DNA of 64,000 bases from Minisyncoccota bacterium. Its GTDB lineage: Bacteria; Patescibacteriota; Minisyncoccia; Phycocordibacterales; UBA9973. Numbering within the stretch: the stretch's first letter is position 1; each line of letters opens with the position of its first letter. The translations under genes were made by a program, and so were the position numbers. Of this stretch, positions 40,449 through 50,327 are shown piece by piece. Below the pieces are notes generated by a model that saw nothing but the letters and a program-made list of their open reading frames with translations, was not told the DNA's origin and did no database searches. Location of the stretch: the NCBI GenBank assembly GCA_041657445.1, contig JBBABV010000001.1:36783-100782 (forward strand), read 5' to 3'.

Positions 40449-42263
40449 TTATTCAATAAAATCTCCAGATTGATGCTTCCACAACCTTGCATAGAGCCCG
40501 TTTTGATTTATAAGTTTAGAATGAGTTCCATCTTCAACGATTTTTCCTTGATCTAATACTATTATTCTGTCTAAATGCTTTATGGTAGATAGTCTATGAG
40601 CAATTACTATAGCCGTCTTATTCTTCATTAACTCTAAAAATCCTTCTTGGATATATTTTTCAACCTGAGAATCAAGCGAACTTGTTGCTTCATCTAATAT
40701 GAGAATTGGAGCATTTTTTAAAATAGCTCTTGCAATCGCAATTCTTTGTCTTTGTCCACCTGATAATTTTACACCTCTTTCACCTACCAAGGTATCATAC
40801 CCTTCGGGCAATTCATTAATAAACTCATCTGCTCTTGCTAGTCGTGATGCCTCATAGACTTCTTCTTTTGTGGCCCCTTCTTTTGCATAAGCAATATTTT
40901 CAAAAAGTGATCTATGAAAAAGAAGAGGTTCCTGTGGGACATAGGAGATATTTTCTCTTAAAGATTTTTGAGTAACATCATAGATGTTTTGTTCGTCAAT
41001 TAATATATCGCCAGAATGTAAATCAGAAAAACGAAGAAGTAATTTTGTGATAGTAGTTTTTCCTCCTCCACTAGGACCCACTAATCCAACCTTTTCTTTT
41101 CCTTTTATATCCAAAGAAAAATTAGAAAGAAAAGAATTTCTTTCTTTTTCGTTTTCTTCTTTTATATCATTAAATTTATTTTCTTTGTAAAAGAAGGTAG
41201 CATTTTTAAAGGAAATGCTTCCTTTCGTAACATTTAAATCACTTGCTTTTTCCTTATCAATAATAGTAGGGGGGTTTAGAAACATCTGAGTAAATTCCGC
41301 TGCTTCACTAATAGAAGACTCAAAATTTCTGTAGGTTCTATTAATTTCCCAAAAAATTCTTGTTATTTGTGAATAGTAAGAGAAAACAACAAAAATCATT
41401 CCTGCCTGTAAACCAAGAAGTTCAGAAAAGTATATCGCAAGGACCAATCCTATAACATTAGTAACCACATAAAGTGGAGAAATTATACTATCAAAAATTA
41501 AATTCTGGTAATCAGCAGCTTTCTTAAATTTTTGAGTAAAATCACTAATATATTTTCCATATTCATTTATCTCCCTTTTCTCTTTCGCAAATGATTTAAT
41601 TGCAAATATATTTGACATTGAATCAGATAATCTTCCAACGACATTACTACTTGCAATATGTCTCTCTGCAACAAGTTTAGATCTTCTTTTGATTATAGGA
41701 ATCGCAATAGATACAACTACAGCCATACAAAAAAGAAGAATAAGTGGTATCCAAAAGGAATATTGCCATAAAACAACAGTAACAAAAATAAGAGGAAAAA
41801 TATTTGTGAACACATTAAATAAAAGTGTATCTGTAAATGTCTCAAAACTTCGTGAATATGCTAATGCTTTTTTAGACAACGAACCTACAAAATTATTTGT
41901 ATAGAAATCATAATCCCTTTTTGCAAGCCATTCAAACCCCTTATTCGCAAGATTCCTTATGCCATCTGTCTCAAGAGCAATAAGGTAATGAAGTCCTATT
42001 CGCCATAATGTTTCTCCAAGAATCCACGATCCAAAAAATAACCATAAATAAGGCCCTGCTAGAGAAAGAGAGATACTACCATTTTCTGCAAATATATCTA
42101 CAATTTTACCTATTAGAAGAGGAGGAATAAAAAAAACAAATATATTTCCAACAGAAGGAAGTAAAAAAGAAACAATAGATTGGAAGGTATGTTGACGATA
42201 TTCACCAATATAATCTCCAAGCACCTGCTTGATTGCTTTATTTGTTATTTCTTTATAGTTCAT
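40449..42263 (-). CDS. ABC exporter, fused permease/ATPase
   Basis: TM domain, Walker A GPSGGGKT, LSGGQRQR, ILDEATS, AHRLST. Confidence 0.95.
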   Translation of the reverse strand: MNYKEITNKAIKQVLGDYIGEYRQHTFQSIVSFLLPSVGNIFVFFIPPLLIGKIVDIFAENGSISLSLAGPYLWLFFGSWILGETLWRIGLHYLIALETDGIRNLANKGFEWLAKRDYDFYTNNFVGSLSKKALAYSRSFETFTDTLLFNVFTNIFPLIFVTVVLWQYSFWIPLILLFCMAVVVSIAIPIIKRRSKLVAERHIASSNVVGRLSDSMSNIFAIKSFAKEKREINEYGKYISDFTQKFKKAADYQNLIFDSIISPLYVVTNVIGLVLAIYFSELLGLQAGMIFVVFSYYSQITRIFWEINRTYRNFESSISEAAEFTQMFLNPPTIIDKEKASDLNVTKGSISFKNATFFYKENKFNDIKEENEKERNSFLSNFSLDIKGKEKVGLVGPSGGGKTTITKLLLRFSDLHSGDILIDEQNIYDVTQKSLRENISYVPQEPLLFHRSLFENIAYAKEGATKEEVYEASRLARADEFINELPEGYDTLVGERGVKLSGGQRQRIAIARAILKNAPILILDEATSSLDSQVEKYIQEGFLELMKNKTAIVIAHRLSTIKHLDRIIVLDQGKIVEDGTHSKLINQNGLYARLWKHQSGDFIE

Positions 42264-42315
42264 ATTTAAAACACTACTTTACCATGCTTTTTCATTTTTC
42301 CTAAATTTTAGAAAA

Positions 42316-43044
42316 TTAATTAGAATTACCTATTATATTTGAATCAGTTTTTGACTTGAATTTTTTATCATATATAAATACTTTTCCTAAAATAATTCCA
42401 CACCAAAGAATAAACAGAAAAAGTATATTTAAAAAATCCATCTTAAACAAAGCATCACCTGTTATATATGCAAAAATGCCCCAAAATGTATTCCAGACTA
42501 TTATTCCAAGAGCAGAAGCAGAAAGAAATTTTTTAAATGGAATTCTTATAATTCCTGCTGATGTTGATGTAATAGCAGCAAGATTTGGAACCCAATATGA
42601 GGATAAAACTGCAATAAAAATATGTTTTGAGAGTTTTTCCTTCATTCTTTCAAGCATTTCTTCATAACCTAGTTTTTTAAGAAGATGATACCAACCTTGT
42701 CTTCCTATAAAGTAATTAAATATATATGCAATAAAAAAGGAAATAGAAATAGTTAGAACAACTATAATAGAACGAGAAATATCTCCAGTAGCCGAGATAA
42801 CACCCAAGAATACAATAACTCCTCCTGGAAAGTAATTTCCAGCAATAAGCATTCCTTCAAGAAGCCCAGCAATAAATACTACAAGTAATCCGTATTCTTG
42901 AAAAAACATTGAAGTTAAATCAATAATTTCATCAACTGTTGGTATTTTAAAAATCTCTTTTCCTGCAAGAAAAATAAGATATATAAAAATCAATGTAAGG
43001 GGAAGAGATAATGTCTTTAAAATTTCCTTTAATGTAATTTGCAT
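42316..43044 (-). CDS. DedA family membrane protein
   Basis: LE.....G.YFPG, NYFIGR, AG..RIPF.KF. Confidence 0.8.
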   Translation of the reverse strand: MQITLKEILKTLSLPLTLIFIYLIFLAGKEIFKIPTVDEIIDLTSMFFQEYGLLVVFIAGLLEGMLIAGNYFPGGVIVFLGVISATGDISRSIIVVLTISISFFIAYIFNYFIGRQGWYHLLKKLGYEEMLERMKEKLSKHIFIAVLSSYWVPNLAAITSTSAGIIRIPFKKFLSASALGIIVWNTFWGIFAYITGDALFKMDFLNILFLFILWCGIILGKVFIYDKKFKSKTDSNIIGNSN

Positions 43045-43083
43045 ATTTTTATAAGTGTTAAAAAAATAATTAATAAAATAAAA

Positions 43084-44106
43084 CTACCATTCTTCTTTTT
43101 TAATTTTTAATATCTCATCTGGGGTATAATTCTTGTTTGCTTTTGTATCATGTGGAAACCTTACTATATATAACCCTCTTTTTTGGGTATCTAAATATAT
43201 ATCCATTTCACAACCAGGAAAAAAGTATTCAGTTCGTAGATTTGGTCCGATTAATACCGTAGGACTAAAACCTAACTTCATTTTAATTATTTTATTAAGA
43301 AGTTTTATTGAATTTTTATAACTTGTTCCACCTCTATCTCCCCCAACAATTACAATATCTATACTTCCGCCTTTTGATTTTTCTTTTATATCTAGTAGTG
43401 ATTTACTTAAGTCATCTATAAACTCTTCCTTTTTCTTTTCTAAAAATTCTCCAGGATCCTGGTGACTTAAAAAAGAAATTTGTTTATTTAATTTTTTATC
43501 TTCTCCAACAGCAATAACACTTGTACAATCAACAAAGAATTTTGAAAATTTGTTCTTTTCATTACATTCAGAAATAACATACGACATTTCACCATCGCTT
43601 TTAATTTTTTCTTTTTTTAACTCCTCCTTTTCTCCAAATAAATTTATTTCTTGACCTTCTTTTTCAATATAAAATAGTTTATCCAAGGTATCATCATCAA
43701 TATTTGTTCTATCTAAAATACATGCTCTAATTGGTTTATAAATTTTTTCTAACCCTTTTATATATTCCTCGTGAGCCTCATTAAGTATAGTTGGCGTTAA
43801 TTTTTGAAAAATAATACAGGAAAAATTATACCTTGCGTTATTTTTTGATTTTTTAACCTCTTCTTTATATTCTTGAATTTCCTCTTTAGTAATTTTTACA
43901 GAAGGATAATTTTTTAACTTCTTCCACATAATTGCGTCCTTTAATGTCAGTTCCTCTGGAACAACGCTTTGAAGTTCAAACATTCCTTCAAAATTTTCTG
44001 TTTCTTTCTTTTGAATTAATAATTTAATTTCACTACGAAAATCAGACAAAGCCTTTTCAGATTTATTTTCATTAGAACTATCCTCTATCATATTTTGACC
44101 TTCCAT
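43084..44106 (-). CDS. Hypothetical protein with putative CheD/YfiH/CNF1-like Cys-His domain
   Basis: VDCTSVIAV...SFLSHQD...IDIVIVGG; helical N-terminal domain. Confidence 0.5.
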   Translation of the reverse strand: MEGQNMIEDSSNENKSEKALSDFRSEIKLLIQKKETENFEGMFELQSVVPEELTLKDAIMWKKLKNYPSVKITKEEIQEYKEEVKKSKNNARYNFSCIIFQKLTPTILNEAHEEYIKGLEKIYKPIRACILDRTNIDDDTLDKLFYIEKEGQEINLFGEKEELKKEKIKSDGEMSYVISECNEKNKFSKFFVDCTSVIAVGEDKKLNKQISFLSHQDPGEFLEKKKEEFIDDLSKSLLDIKEKSKGGSIDIVIVGGDRGGTSYKNSIKLLNKIIKMKLGFSPTVLIGPNLRTEYFFPGCEMDIYLDTQKRGLYIVRFPHDTKANKNYTPDEILKIKKEEW

Positions 44107-44115
44107 ATATATAAT

Positions 44116-47100
44116 TTACACCACTATTTCTTTTTTTCCAAATTTTACATATAAAATTGGAACAACAAAAAGAGTAAGAATAGTAGAAAATAGTAAACCG
44201 AATATAATTGAAAGAGCCACAGGTGCCCATGTTGGATCAGAGAAAGCAAGGGGCAACATACCTGCCACAGTAGTAAGTGTCGTTAAAAGAATTGGTTGAA
44301 GTCTAGATTTTGCTGAAACATATACAGCATCTATTATTGTTAATCCTTCTTTACGAAATTTATTTATGGAATCAATTAGGATAATTGCATTGTTTACCAC
44401 AATACCAGCTAAGGCAACTATACCTATAAATCCTGGAAATGAAAGTGGTTGATTCATCAAAACTAATCCAAAAAATACTCCTATTAAAGCTAAAGGAATT
44501 GTAATAATAATAAAGAATGGCTGTCTAAATGAGTTAAATTGCCATAGAAGCAAGCCAAATATAAGAATAATACCAAGTATCATTGCCTGTCCAAGACTTG
44601 CGAATGATTCATTTATATCTTCCTCTTCTCCACCATACTTAATTGATACATTTTCTGGTAGATTATAGTTTTCAATTTTTTCCTGTAATTGCTTTACTAT
44701 TAATCCTGCATTTGCACCTTCTTTTATATCAGAGGATACAGTGATAGACCTATCTCCATCTTCATGAGAAATTGATACTCTATTATTTGTAAGACTCACA
44801 TTTGCAAATGTTGATAATGGGGTCATTCCTTTTTCTGTTGGTATTAAAATACTATTTAAATCCGAAACAGAAACTTTTGGAATATTGCCAACAATCCCAT
44901 ACGAAGAGCCAATGTTGTAAATCACTTTTACATTTATATCATCTCCATTTACCTTAACAACTGTTGCTTCATTTCCTGTAATAGCAGTCCTTAGAAGCCC
45001 AGCAATTTGAACAGGAGAAACTCCAAACATTCTAGCTTGTGCTCTGTTTATACTAATAAACAATTCTCCTGGACCTTCTTGTATTCCGTCAGAAACATTT
45101 CTTGTACCTTCAATAGAATAAAGTATATCTGCTACATTTTTTGCAGTTTCTTCTAAGTCTTCAATATCCTTTCCCATTATTTTTACTTGAACAGGAAGTC
45201 CTGAAGGAGGACCTGCCCCCTCCTGAGCCAGGGTAACAATCGCATCTGGAACTAATTCATTTAATTTAGGTTCGTATTCCTCTATCAATTTTATACTATC
45301 TATTTCAGTTTCTTCACGAAGATTAACAACAACTGAACCCACATGTCCAGCACTTTGCCCAATACTTCCAGTATTAAAGCTACTTCCAGAACCTACTGTT
45401 ATCATAAATGACTCTATTCTCATATCCTCTATCAAAAAATCTTCAATATCCATTATTTGTGCATTTGTGACAGAAAGAGGAGTTCCAACTGGATTTTCTA
45501 CATCAATATAGATTATCTCCATAGATGATGGAGGAAACATATTTACTTCTAAAATACCAAAAACTGGTAAAGAAATACTTACAAGAAATAAGACAATAAT
45601 TATAATTAAAAATCTCTTAGAGTATTTTGGATTATTTAAGATTAAATGGAGACGACTGTCATAGAAAGCATAAAGTTTTTTAATTAAATCCCTTGTAAAG
45701 GTAAGTCCTTGAAAGGAATTACTGTTATTACTTGGTTTTAATAAATGAATTCCAAGTGTAGTTATTATTCCAAGAGAAACAAAAATAGCAGTCAAAAGAA
45801 CAATGGTGATTGTAATAGGAATTGATTCAATGAACTCGCCGATAATACCACTCATTAAAAGCATAGGTAAAAAGACAAATACAGTAGTCAGTGTTCCAGA
45901 AATAAGTGGATTTTTAAATTCTGTAATAGTTTCTATCGCAGATTGATATGGGCTCTTTCCTTCTTTTAATAGATTAAACATATTTTCGGTTACTACTATG
46001 GAAGCATCCACCAAAATTCCAAGTGCTAAAATTAACGAAAAAAGAGTTAGGAAGTTTATCGTATAACCAAGTGGATTAAGAATTGCAAATGTAAAGAGAA
46101 ATGTAAGTGGAACTACTAGACTTGCAAGAAGTGCTTCTTTCCATCCAAGAAAAATTATCAAAACAATTAAAACTATTATCATAGTAAGCAGACCACTATT
46201 TAACAGAGTTGATAAATCTTTTCTTATAAATTCTGCATCATCTTGCACCACTTCAATTATGATTTCTTCAGGTAAGGTATTTTCTCTAGCTTCGGTTATT
46301 ATTTCATTTGTTTTATCAACTATAGTAAGGATATCTCCTTGACCTGATAACTTAAATACCTCTATACCGATAGATTGATTGATTCCTCCTTCATGAGTTC
46401 CTAGTCTTGAGATAGTGTTAGATCTTGTATATGTGTCTTCTACCTCAGCAATATCTCTAATAAAAACAGGAGTGCCGTTAGAACTAGCAATTGCTGTATT
46501 CCTTACATCCTCTGCGGTATGTAATCGTCCTTCAAGTCTTACTGTATAAGTACTACCAGCTGTTTCAATACTTCCAATAGGAATATCACTATTGGCATTT
46601 ACAATACCACTTGTTACTTGTCCTATATTTAATCCAAATTGACTCAAACTTTTATCCGATAAGATGATTTGTATTTCTCTTTCTGGTGCACCTGTAATAC
46701 TTATCTGAGATACAGCTTCTACCCTCTCAATACTTTCTTTTAGTTCTTCTGCATACTCCTTTAGACGAATAGGGTCAAAAGGTCCACTTAAAGCAAGAGA
46801 AAGTATTGGTCTATCATCAAAACTTATTTGTTGTATAACAGGATCATTTGTATCTAGAGGTAAATCAGGTTTAACTCTATCTATTCTTTCTCTCACATCA
46901 CTTAGTTTATCTCTAATATCAGTTCCGATATTAAATGTTATCACGATTGAAGAAAGACTCTGTTGAGATGTAGAGGTGAATGTATCAATGTCTGCTAATC
47001 CTTGTATTCTATTTTCAATTTTGTCAGTTATTAACTCCTCTACATCAATAGCAGAAGCCCCAGGAAGACTCGTAGAGATAACAACAATAGGTAAATCAAC

Positions 47101-47238
47101 CTCAGGACTTGATTCCTTTGGAATTGTTAAAATTGACACAATACCGAAAACAATAATTGTAAAAATTACAACATAAGTCAAACGAAAATTATCTATGAAA
47201 AAATTCCAAATACTTTTATTATTATCACTAGAAGACAT
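44116..47238 (-). CDS. RND efflux permease (AcrB/CzcA family)
   Basis: 1040 aa; E..PE, GILVD.SIVV.EN, GIVVNNAIILID, RLQPILLT. Confidence 0.95.
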   Translation of the reverse strand: MSSSDNNKSIWNFFIDNFRLTYVVIFTIIVFGIVSILTIPKESSPEVDLPIVVISTSLPGASAIDVEELITDKIENRIQGLADIDTFTSTSQQSLSSIVITFNIGTDIRDKLSDVRERIDRVKPDLPLDTNDPVIQQISFDDRPILSLALSGPFDPIRLKEYAEELKESIERVEAVSQISITGAPEREIQIILSDKSLSQFGLNIGQVTSGIVNANSDIPIGSIETAGSTYTVRLEGRLHTAEDVRNTAIASSNGTPVFIRDIAEVEDTYTRSNTISRLGTHEGGINQSIGIEVFKLSGQGDILTIVDKTNEIITEARENTLPEEIIIEVVQDDAEFIRKDLSTLLNSGLLTMIIVLIVLIIFLGWKEALLASLVVPLTFLFTFAILNPLGYTINFLTLFSLILALGILVDASIVVTENMFNLLKEGKSPYQSAIETITEFKNPLISGTLTTVFVFLPMLLMSGIIGEFIESIPITITIVLLTAIFVSLGIITTLGIHLLKPSNNSNSFQGLTFTRDLIKKLYAFYDSRLHLILNNPKYSKRFLIIIIVLFLVSISLPVFGILEVNMFPPSSMEIIYIDVENPVGTPLSVTNAQIMDIEDFLIEDMRIESFMITVGSGSSFNTGSIGQSAGHVGSVVVNLREETEIDSIKLIEEYEPKLNELVPDAIVTLAQEGAGPPSGLPVQVKIMGKDIEDLEETAKNVADILYSIEGTRNVSDGIQEGPGELFISINRAQARMFGVSPVQIAGLLRTAITGNEATVVKVNGDDINVKVIYNIGSSYGIVGNIPKVSVSDLNSILIPTEKGMTPLSTFANVSLTNNRVSISHEDGDRSITVSSDIKEGANAGLIVKQLQEKIENYNLPENVSIKYGGEEEDINESFASLGQAMILGIILIFGLLLWQFNSFRQPFFIIITIPLALIGVFFGLVLMNQPLSFPGFIGIVALAGIVVNNAIILIDSINKFRKEGLTIIDAVYVSAKSRLQPILLTTLTTVAGMLPLAFSDPTWAPVALSIIFGLLFSTILTLFVVPILYVKFGKKEIVV

Positions 47239-47239
47239 T

Positions 47240-48733
47240 TTAGTTTTTTATTTCAACTCTCATACCATCTTTAAGACCACGAGCTGATTCAGCAATTAGA
47301 GTTTCGGACAATAAATCTGTAAAAATTTCAATTGATTCACCTTTTATATTACCTGTTTCAACTTCCTTTTCGATTACAATTTTATTTGAATTATCATAAA
47401 TATACACAACAGAAGCATCTGCACGAGGACGAATTGATTTTAATGGAACAGTAAGAATTGTGTTATCAATATTTTTTACATAAATCTCTACATTTACGAA
47501 CTCACCTATAACAAAAGATTTTTCGGTATTCTCAGGAACAATTAGAACTTCAACTTTTCCATTGATAGGATTAATACCAGAAGAGATGTTTGATACTACT
47601 CCTTTATAATCGTTATTTATTAACACATCACTTCCCACTTCAATCTTTTTACTTTCTGAACTACTCAAAAATGCTTTTATATAAATACCAGACTTGTTTG
47701 TAAGAGAAACAACTGTTTGACCTATGTTTATATATTCTCCTATACTAACTGGGACTGCAATTACATCACCGGAAAAGGGAGCACGGATAATTGTTTTTGA
47801 AAATGCTGTCTTTGCAGAACTAAGATTTGCTTCCGCTTGTGCAACCTGTGCTTCTTGAGAAACAATTTGTTCTTCACTAACTGTGGATTGTTGGATAGTA
47901 GTATCTATACTTTCCTTTGCTAGTAAATATGCATTGTAATTTGCTATATATGAATCACTTTTTTTGTTTGGAATATCTACATACCATATAGTATCCATAT
48001 ATGTATCAATAGAGTCAGGAAAAGAAATGTAAAGACCTCTTGTACCAAATGGAGTTGGCCCTGTTTTATTAATTTCAACATCACGGACTGTTTCAAGTTT
48101 AAAGATATTCATTTCATAATCTCCCATCTGTTTTCCCCTCTCAAAAATTATCTTATATGTTCCCTCTTCACTACCAGAATATCTACCACTAATGATGGGG
48201 GCTGTTTGAGAATACAAATCTGAGTCTGGTTCAGCTATTAAATCTGCCGACAAAAGATTTGCATATGCATTTTCAGTGGAAATTTTTTGTTGTTGCTCTA
48301 TATTACCAATATATGCACCATCAGCACTTCTTCTTTTAAGTTCAGCAAGTTGTGCCTTTTGCACTGCTACTAATGCTTCTGCTTGCTCTACTTGAGATTT
48401 TATAGAACTATTCTCTAATGTAATCAATGATTGCCCTTTTGAAACAACATCTCCTACTCTCACATTTACACTCATAATTTCTCCACTTGCTTGAGATTTC
48501 AAATCTGCCTGTTGTTCTGACACAACCGATCCAGTAGCAAAAACAGAGGTGCCTTCTATTTTGTCTCCAAGTTTAAATACTGAAATGACCTTTATTGGTT
48601 CGTCTATCACTTGCTCGGAATTTTCTACTTTTCCTGTTCTTGTAGCAAAAAAGACAACTACAATGATGAGTCCTATAACCCCATACAAAAGATATTTTCT
48701 ATTTATTCCTTTTGTTTTGTTAATTATATTCAT
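47240..48733 (-). CDS. RND periplasmic adaptor (HlyD/MFP family) with insertion
   Basis: N-terminal TM, lipoyl halves (SGEI..V.V.VGD.V.KGQ.L; IRAPFSG), 1 nt from the RND start. Confidence 0.9.
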   Translation of the reverse strand: MNIINKTKGINRKYLLYGVIGLIIVVVFFATRTGKVENSEQVIDEPIKVISVFKLGDKIEGTSVFATGSVVSEQQADLKSQASGEIMSVNVRVGDVVSKGQSLITLENSSIKSQVEQAEALVAVQKAQLAELKRRSADGAYIGNIEQQQKISTENAYANLLSADLIAEPDSDLYSQTAPIISGRYSGSEEGTYKIIFERGKQMGDYEMNIFKLETVRDVEINKTGPTPFGTRGLYISFPDSIDTYMDTIWYVDIPNKKSDSYIANYNAYLLAKESIDTTIQQSTVSEEQIVSQEAQVAQAEANLSSAKTAFSKTIIRAPFSGDVIAVPVSIGEYINIGQTVVSLTNKSGIYIKAFLSSSESKKIEVGSDVLINNDYKGVVSNISSGINPINGKVEVLIVPENTEKSFVIGEFVNVEIYVKNIDNTILTVPLKSIRPRADASVVYIYDNSNKIVIEKEVETGNIKGESIEIFTDLLSETLIAESARGLKDGMRVEIKN

Positions 48734-48811
48734 GTATAAAATATGTAATGAAAAGATGTCTCTTTATTTAGACAATGATTAAATATACCAAGAAAACAAA
48801 AAGGAATCAAT

Positions 48812-48904
48812 TCATCTTTTTAATTCACTTACAATAGAAGTAATCACCCCTACTACAATGACTAACACTATAACAAACAGTATTAATATGGTTACTAGTC
48901 CCAT
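48812..48904 (-). CDS. Putative 30-aa single-TM peptide
   Basis: MGLVTILILFVIVLVIVVGVITSIVSELKR; ATG 8 nt after the stop of the 53-aa ORF. Confidence 0.45.
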   Translation of the reverse strand: MGLVTILILFVIVLVIVVGVITSIVSELKR

Positions 48905-48912
48905 TTTAGTTT

Positions 48913-49074
48913 TTAATTTAAAAGTGAAAAAAACTGACCTAGATAATACGGCCAAGCAATGATAGCTAGCACTCCTTGCCAAAAGCCAAGTTTGAGAAAG
49001 CCAATAGTAAATAACCATGCCATTATCCACAAACCCCCAGTCATTGTTTGATTTTCTATTTTTATTTTGTTCAT
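48913..49074 (-). CDS. 53-aa Trp/Gly-rich membrane protein (not in ORF track)
   Basis: MNKIKIENQTMTGGLWIMAWLFTIGFLKLGFWQGVLAIIAWPYYLGQFFSLLN; TGcTATAAT 6 nt before ATG. Confidence 0.8.
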   Translation of the reverse strand: MNKIKIENQTMTGGLWIMAWLFTIGFLKLGFWQGVLAIIAWPYYLGQFFSLLN

Positions 49075-49140
49075 AATAGTATTATAGCATTTATTTTATA
49101 TTTTTTTCAAATCACTACTTAAACCAGGTTTCGTATTGTC

Positions 49141-49214
49141 TGGCTGGGGGGGAAGGAATCGGACCTTCATTTGAGCGTTCAAAGTGCCCTGTCCTGCCAT
49201 TAGACGACCCCCCA
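49141..49214 (-). tRNA. tRNA-Gln(UUG)
   Basis: Cloverleaf with TGGGGGG/CCCCCCA acceptor stem, CT-TTG-AA loop, encoded CCA. Confidence 0.92.
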
Positions 49215-49238
49215 ATGTTCTTTTATCTCCCACTAACT

Positions 49239-50303
49239 CTACTTCTCCTCATTCTGCCCTAGAATCTTAATCAAAGCAAGTTCTAGAGGTAATTCTTGAA
49301 TAAAAACTCTGTCTATATTCTGATATGCTTCAAGTAATGCAACCAATGCAGGTGAGCGAAGTATACCCTTTTTGTCTTCTTTTACAAGTTGCTTTAAAAA
49401 TTCCAAATCTGTATCTGATAAATCTTCAGTCATTTCTTTTTCTAGTCTTGGTGCATATTTAAGAATGATTGCAATTCTGAATTTTTGAATGATAAGTTTA
49501 GTAAATAGCTTCATGTCAATATTTTCTTCTCCGCATTTTCTTACTATCATTATCCCCTTTTCTAATTCATCTTTTGCTATAGCAGAGATGTATTCATTCA
49601 CTAATGTAGTTTTTGGTGCACCGGTAATCTTCTCTACCTCTTCCCTTTTGATTTTTTTAGATTTTGAAAAGTTGAGCACTTTTTGAAGAATACCTACGGC
49701 ATCTCTAAATGAACCATCACCTAGAATCGCAATTAGTTCTGCTGAACCTCTATCAAGTTCAAAACCCTCCTTTGTAGCTATATCTACTACATTTTTCTTA
49801 AGAAGTGAATCAGATGGCTTGCGAAAATTAAAAACCTGACATCTGGAGATGATAGTATCAGGGACTTTATGGAATTCAGTAGTAGCGAGAATGAATATCA
49901 CATGAGATGGTGGCTCTTCAAGTGTCTTTAAAAGACCTCCCCATGCATCTTTGGATAGCATATGCACTTCGTCAATAATATATATTTTGTATTTTGAATC
50001 AAAAGGAAGCATTCTCACTCCTTCTCTTAATTCTCTTATATCATCTATTCCTCTATTTGATGCTGCATCTATCTCATATGTATCATTTATAGAAATCCCC
50101 ATTTCGTTTGCAAAAATCCTTGCGACAGAAGTCTTACCAATACCCCTACTACCAACAAAAAGATATGCATGAGATACTTTTTCATCAGAAATAGAACTTT
50201 CAAGCACACTTACTATGTGATCCTGCCCTTCTACATCTTTAAATGTTTGTGGTCTGTATTTGCGATATAAAGCAAGTGTTGATCCCTTAATTTCCTTTGA
50301 CAT
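49239..50303 (-). CDS. dnaX: DNA polymerase III subunit gamma/tau (short)
   Basis: LYRKYRP, G.RG.GKT, EIDAAS, IIDEVH, LLKTLEEPP, SRC; start set at MSKEIK (TATAAT 6 nt upstream). Confidence 0.96.
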   Translation of the reverse strand: MSKEIKGSTLALYRKYRPQTFKDVEGQDHIVSVLESSISDEKVSHAYLFVGSRGIGKTSVARIFANEMGISINDTYEIDAASNRGIDDIRELREGVRMLPFDSKYKIYIIDEVHMLSKDAWGGLLKTLEEPPSHVIFILATTEFHKVPDTIISRCQVFNFRKPSDSLLKKNVVDIATKEGFELDRGSAELIAILGDGSFRDAVGILQKVLNFSKSKKIKREEVEKITGAPKTTLVNEYISAIAKDELEKGIMIVRKCGEENIDMKLFTKLIIQKFRIAIILKYAPRLEKEMTEDLSDTDLEFLKQLVKEDKKGILRSPALVALLEAYQNIDRVFIQELPLELALIKILGQNEEK

Positions 50304-50327
50304 TACTAAATTATACACGATTTAGGA

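Noticed and set aside
48812-49030. 72-aa ORF as given in the track
   Set aside because: Its 5' part is an alternative frame of the better-supported 53-aa ORF; only the last 30 aa are plausible
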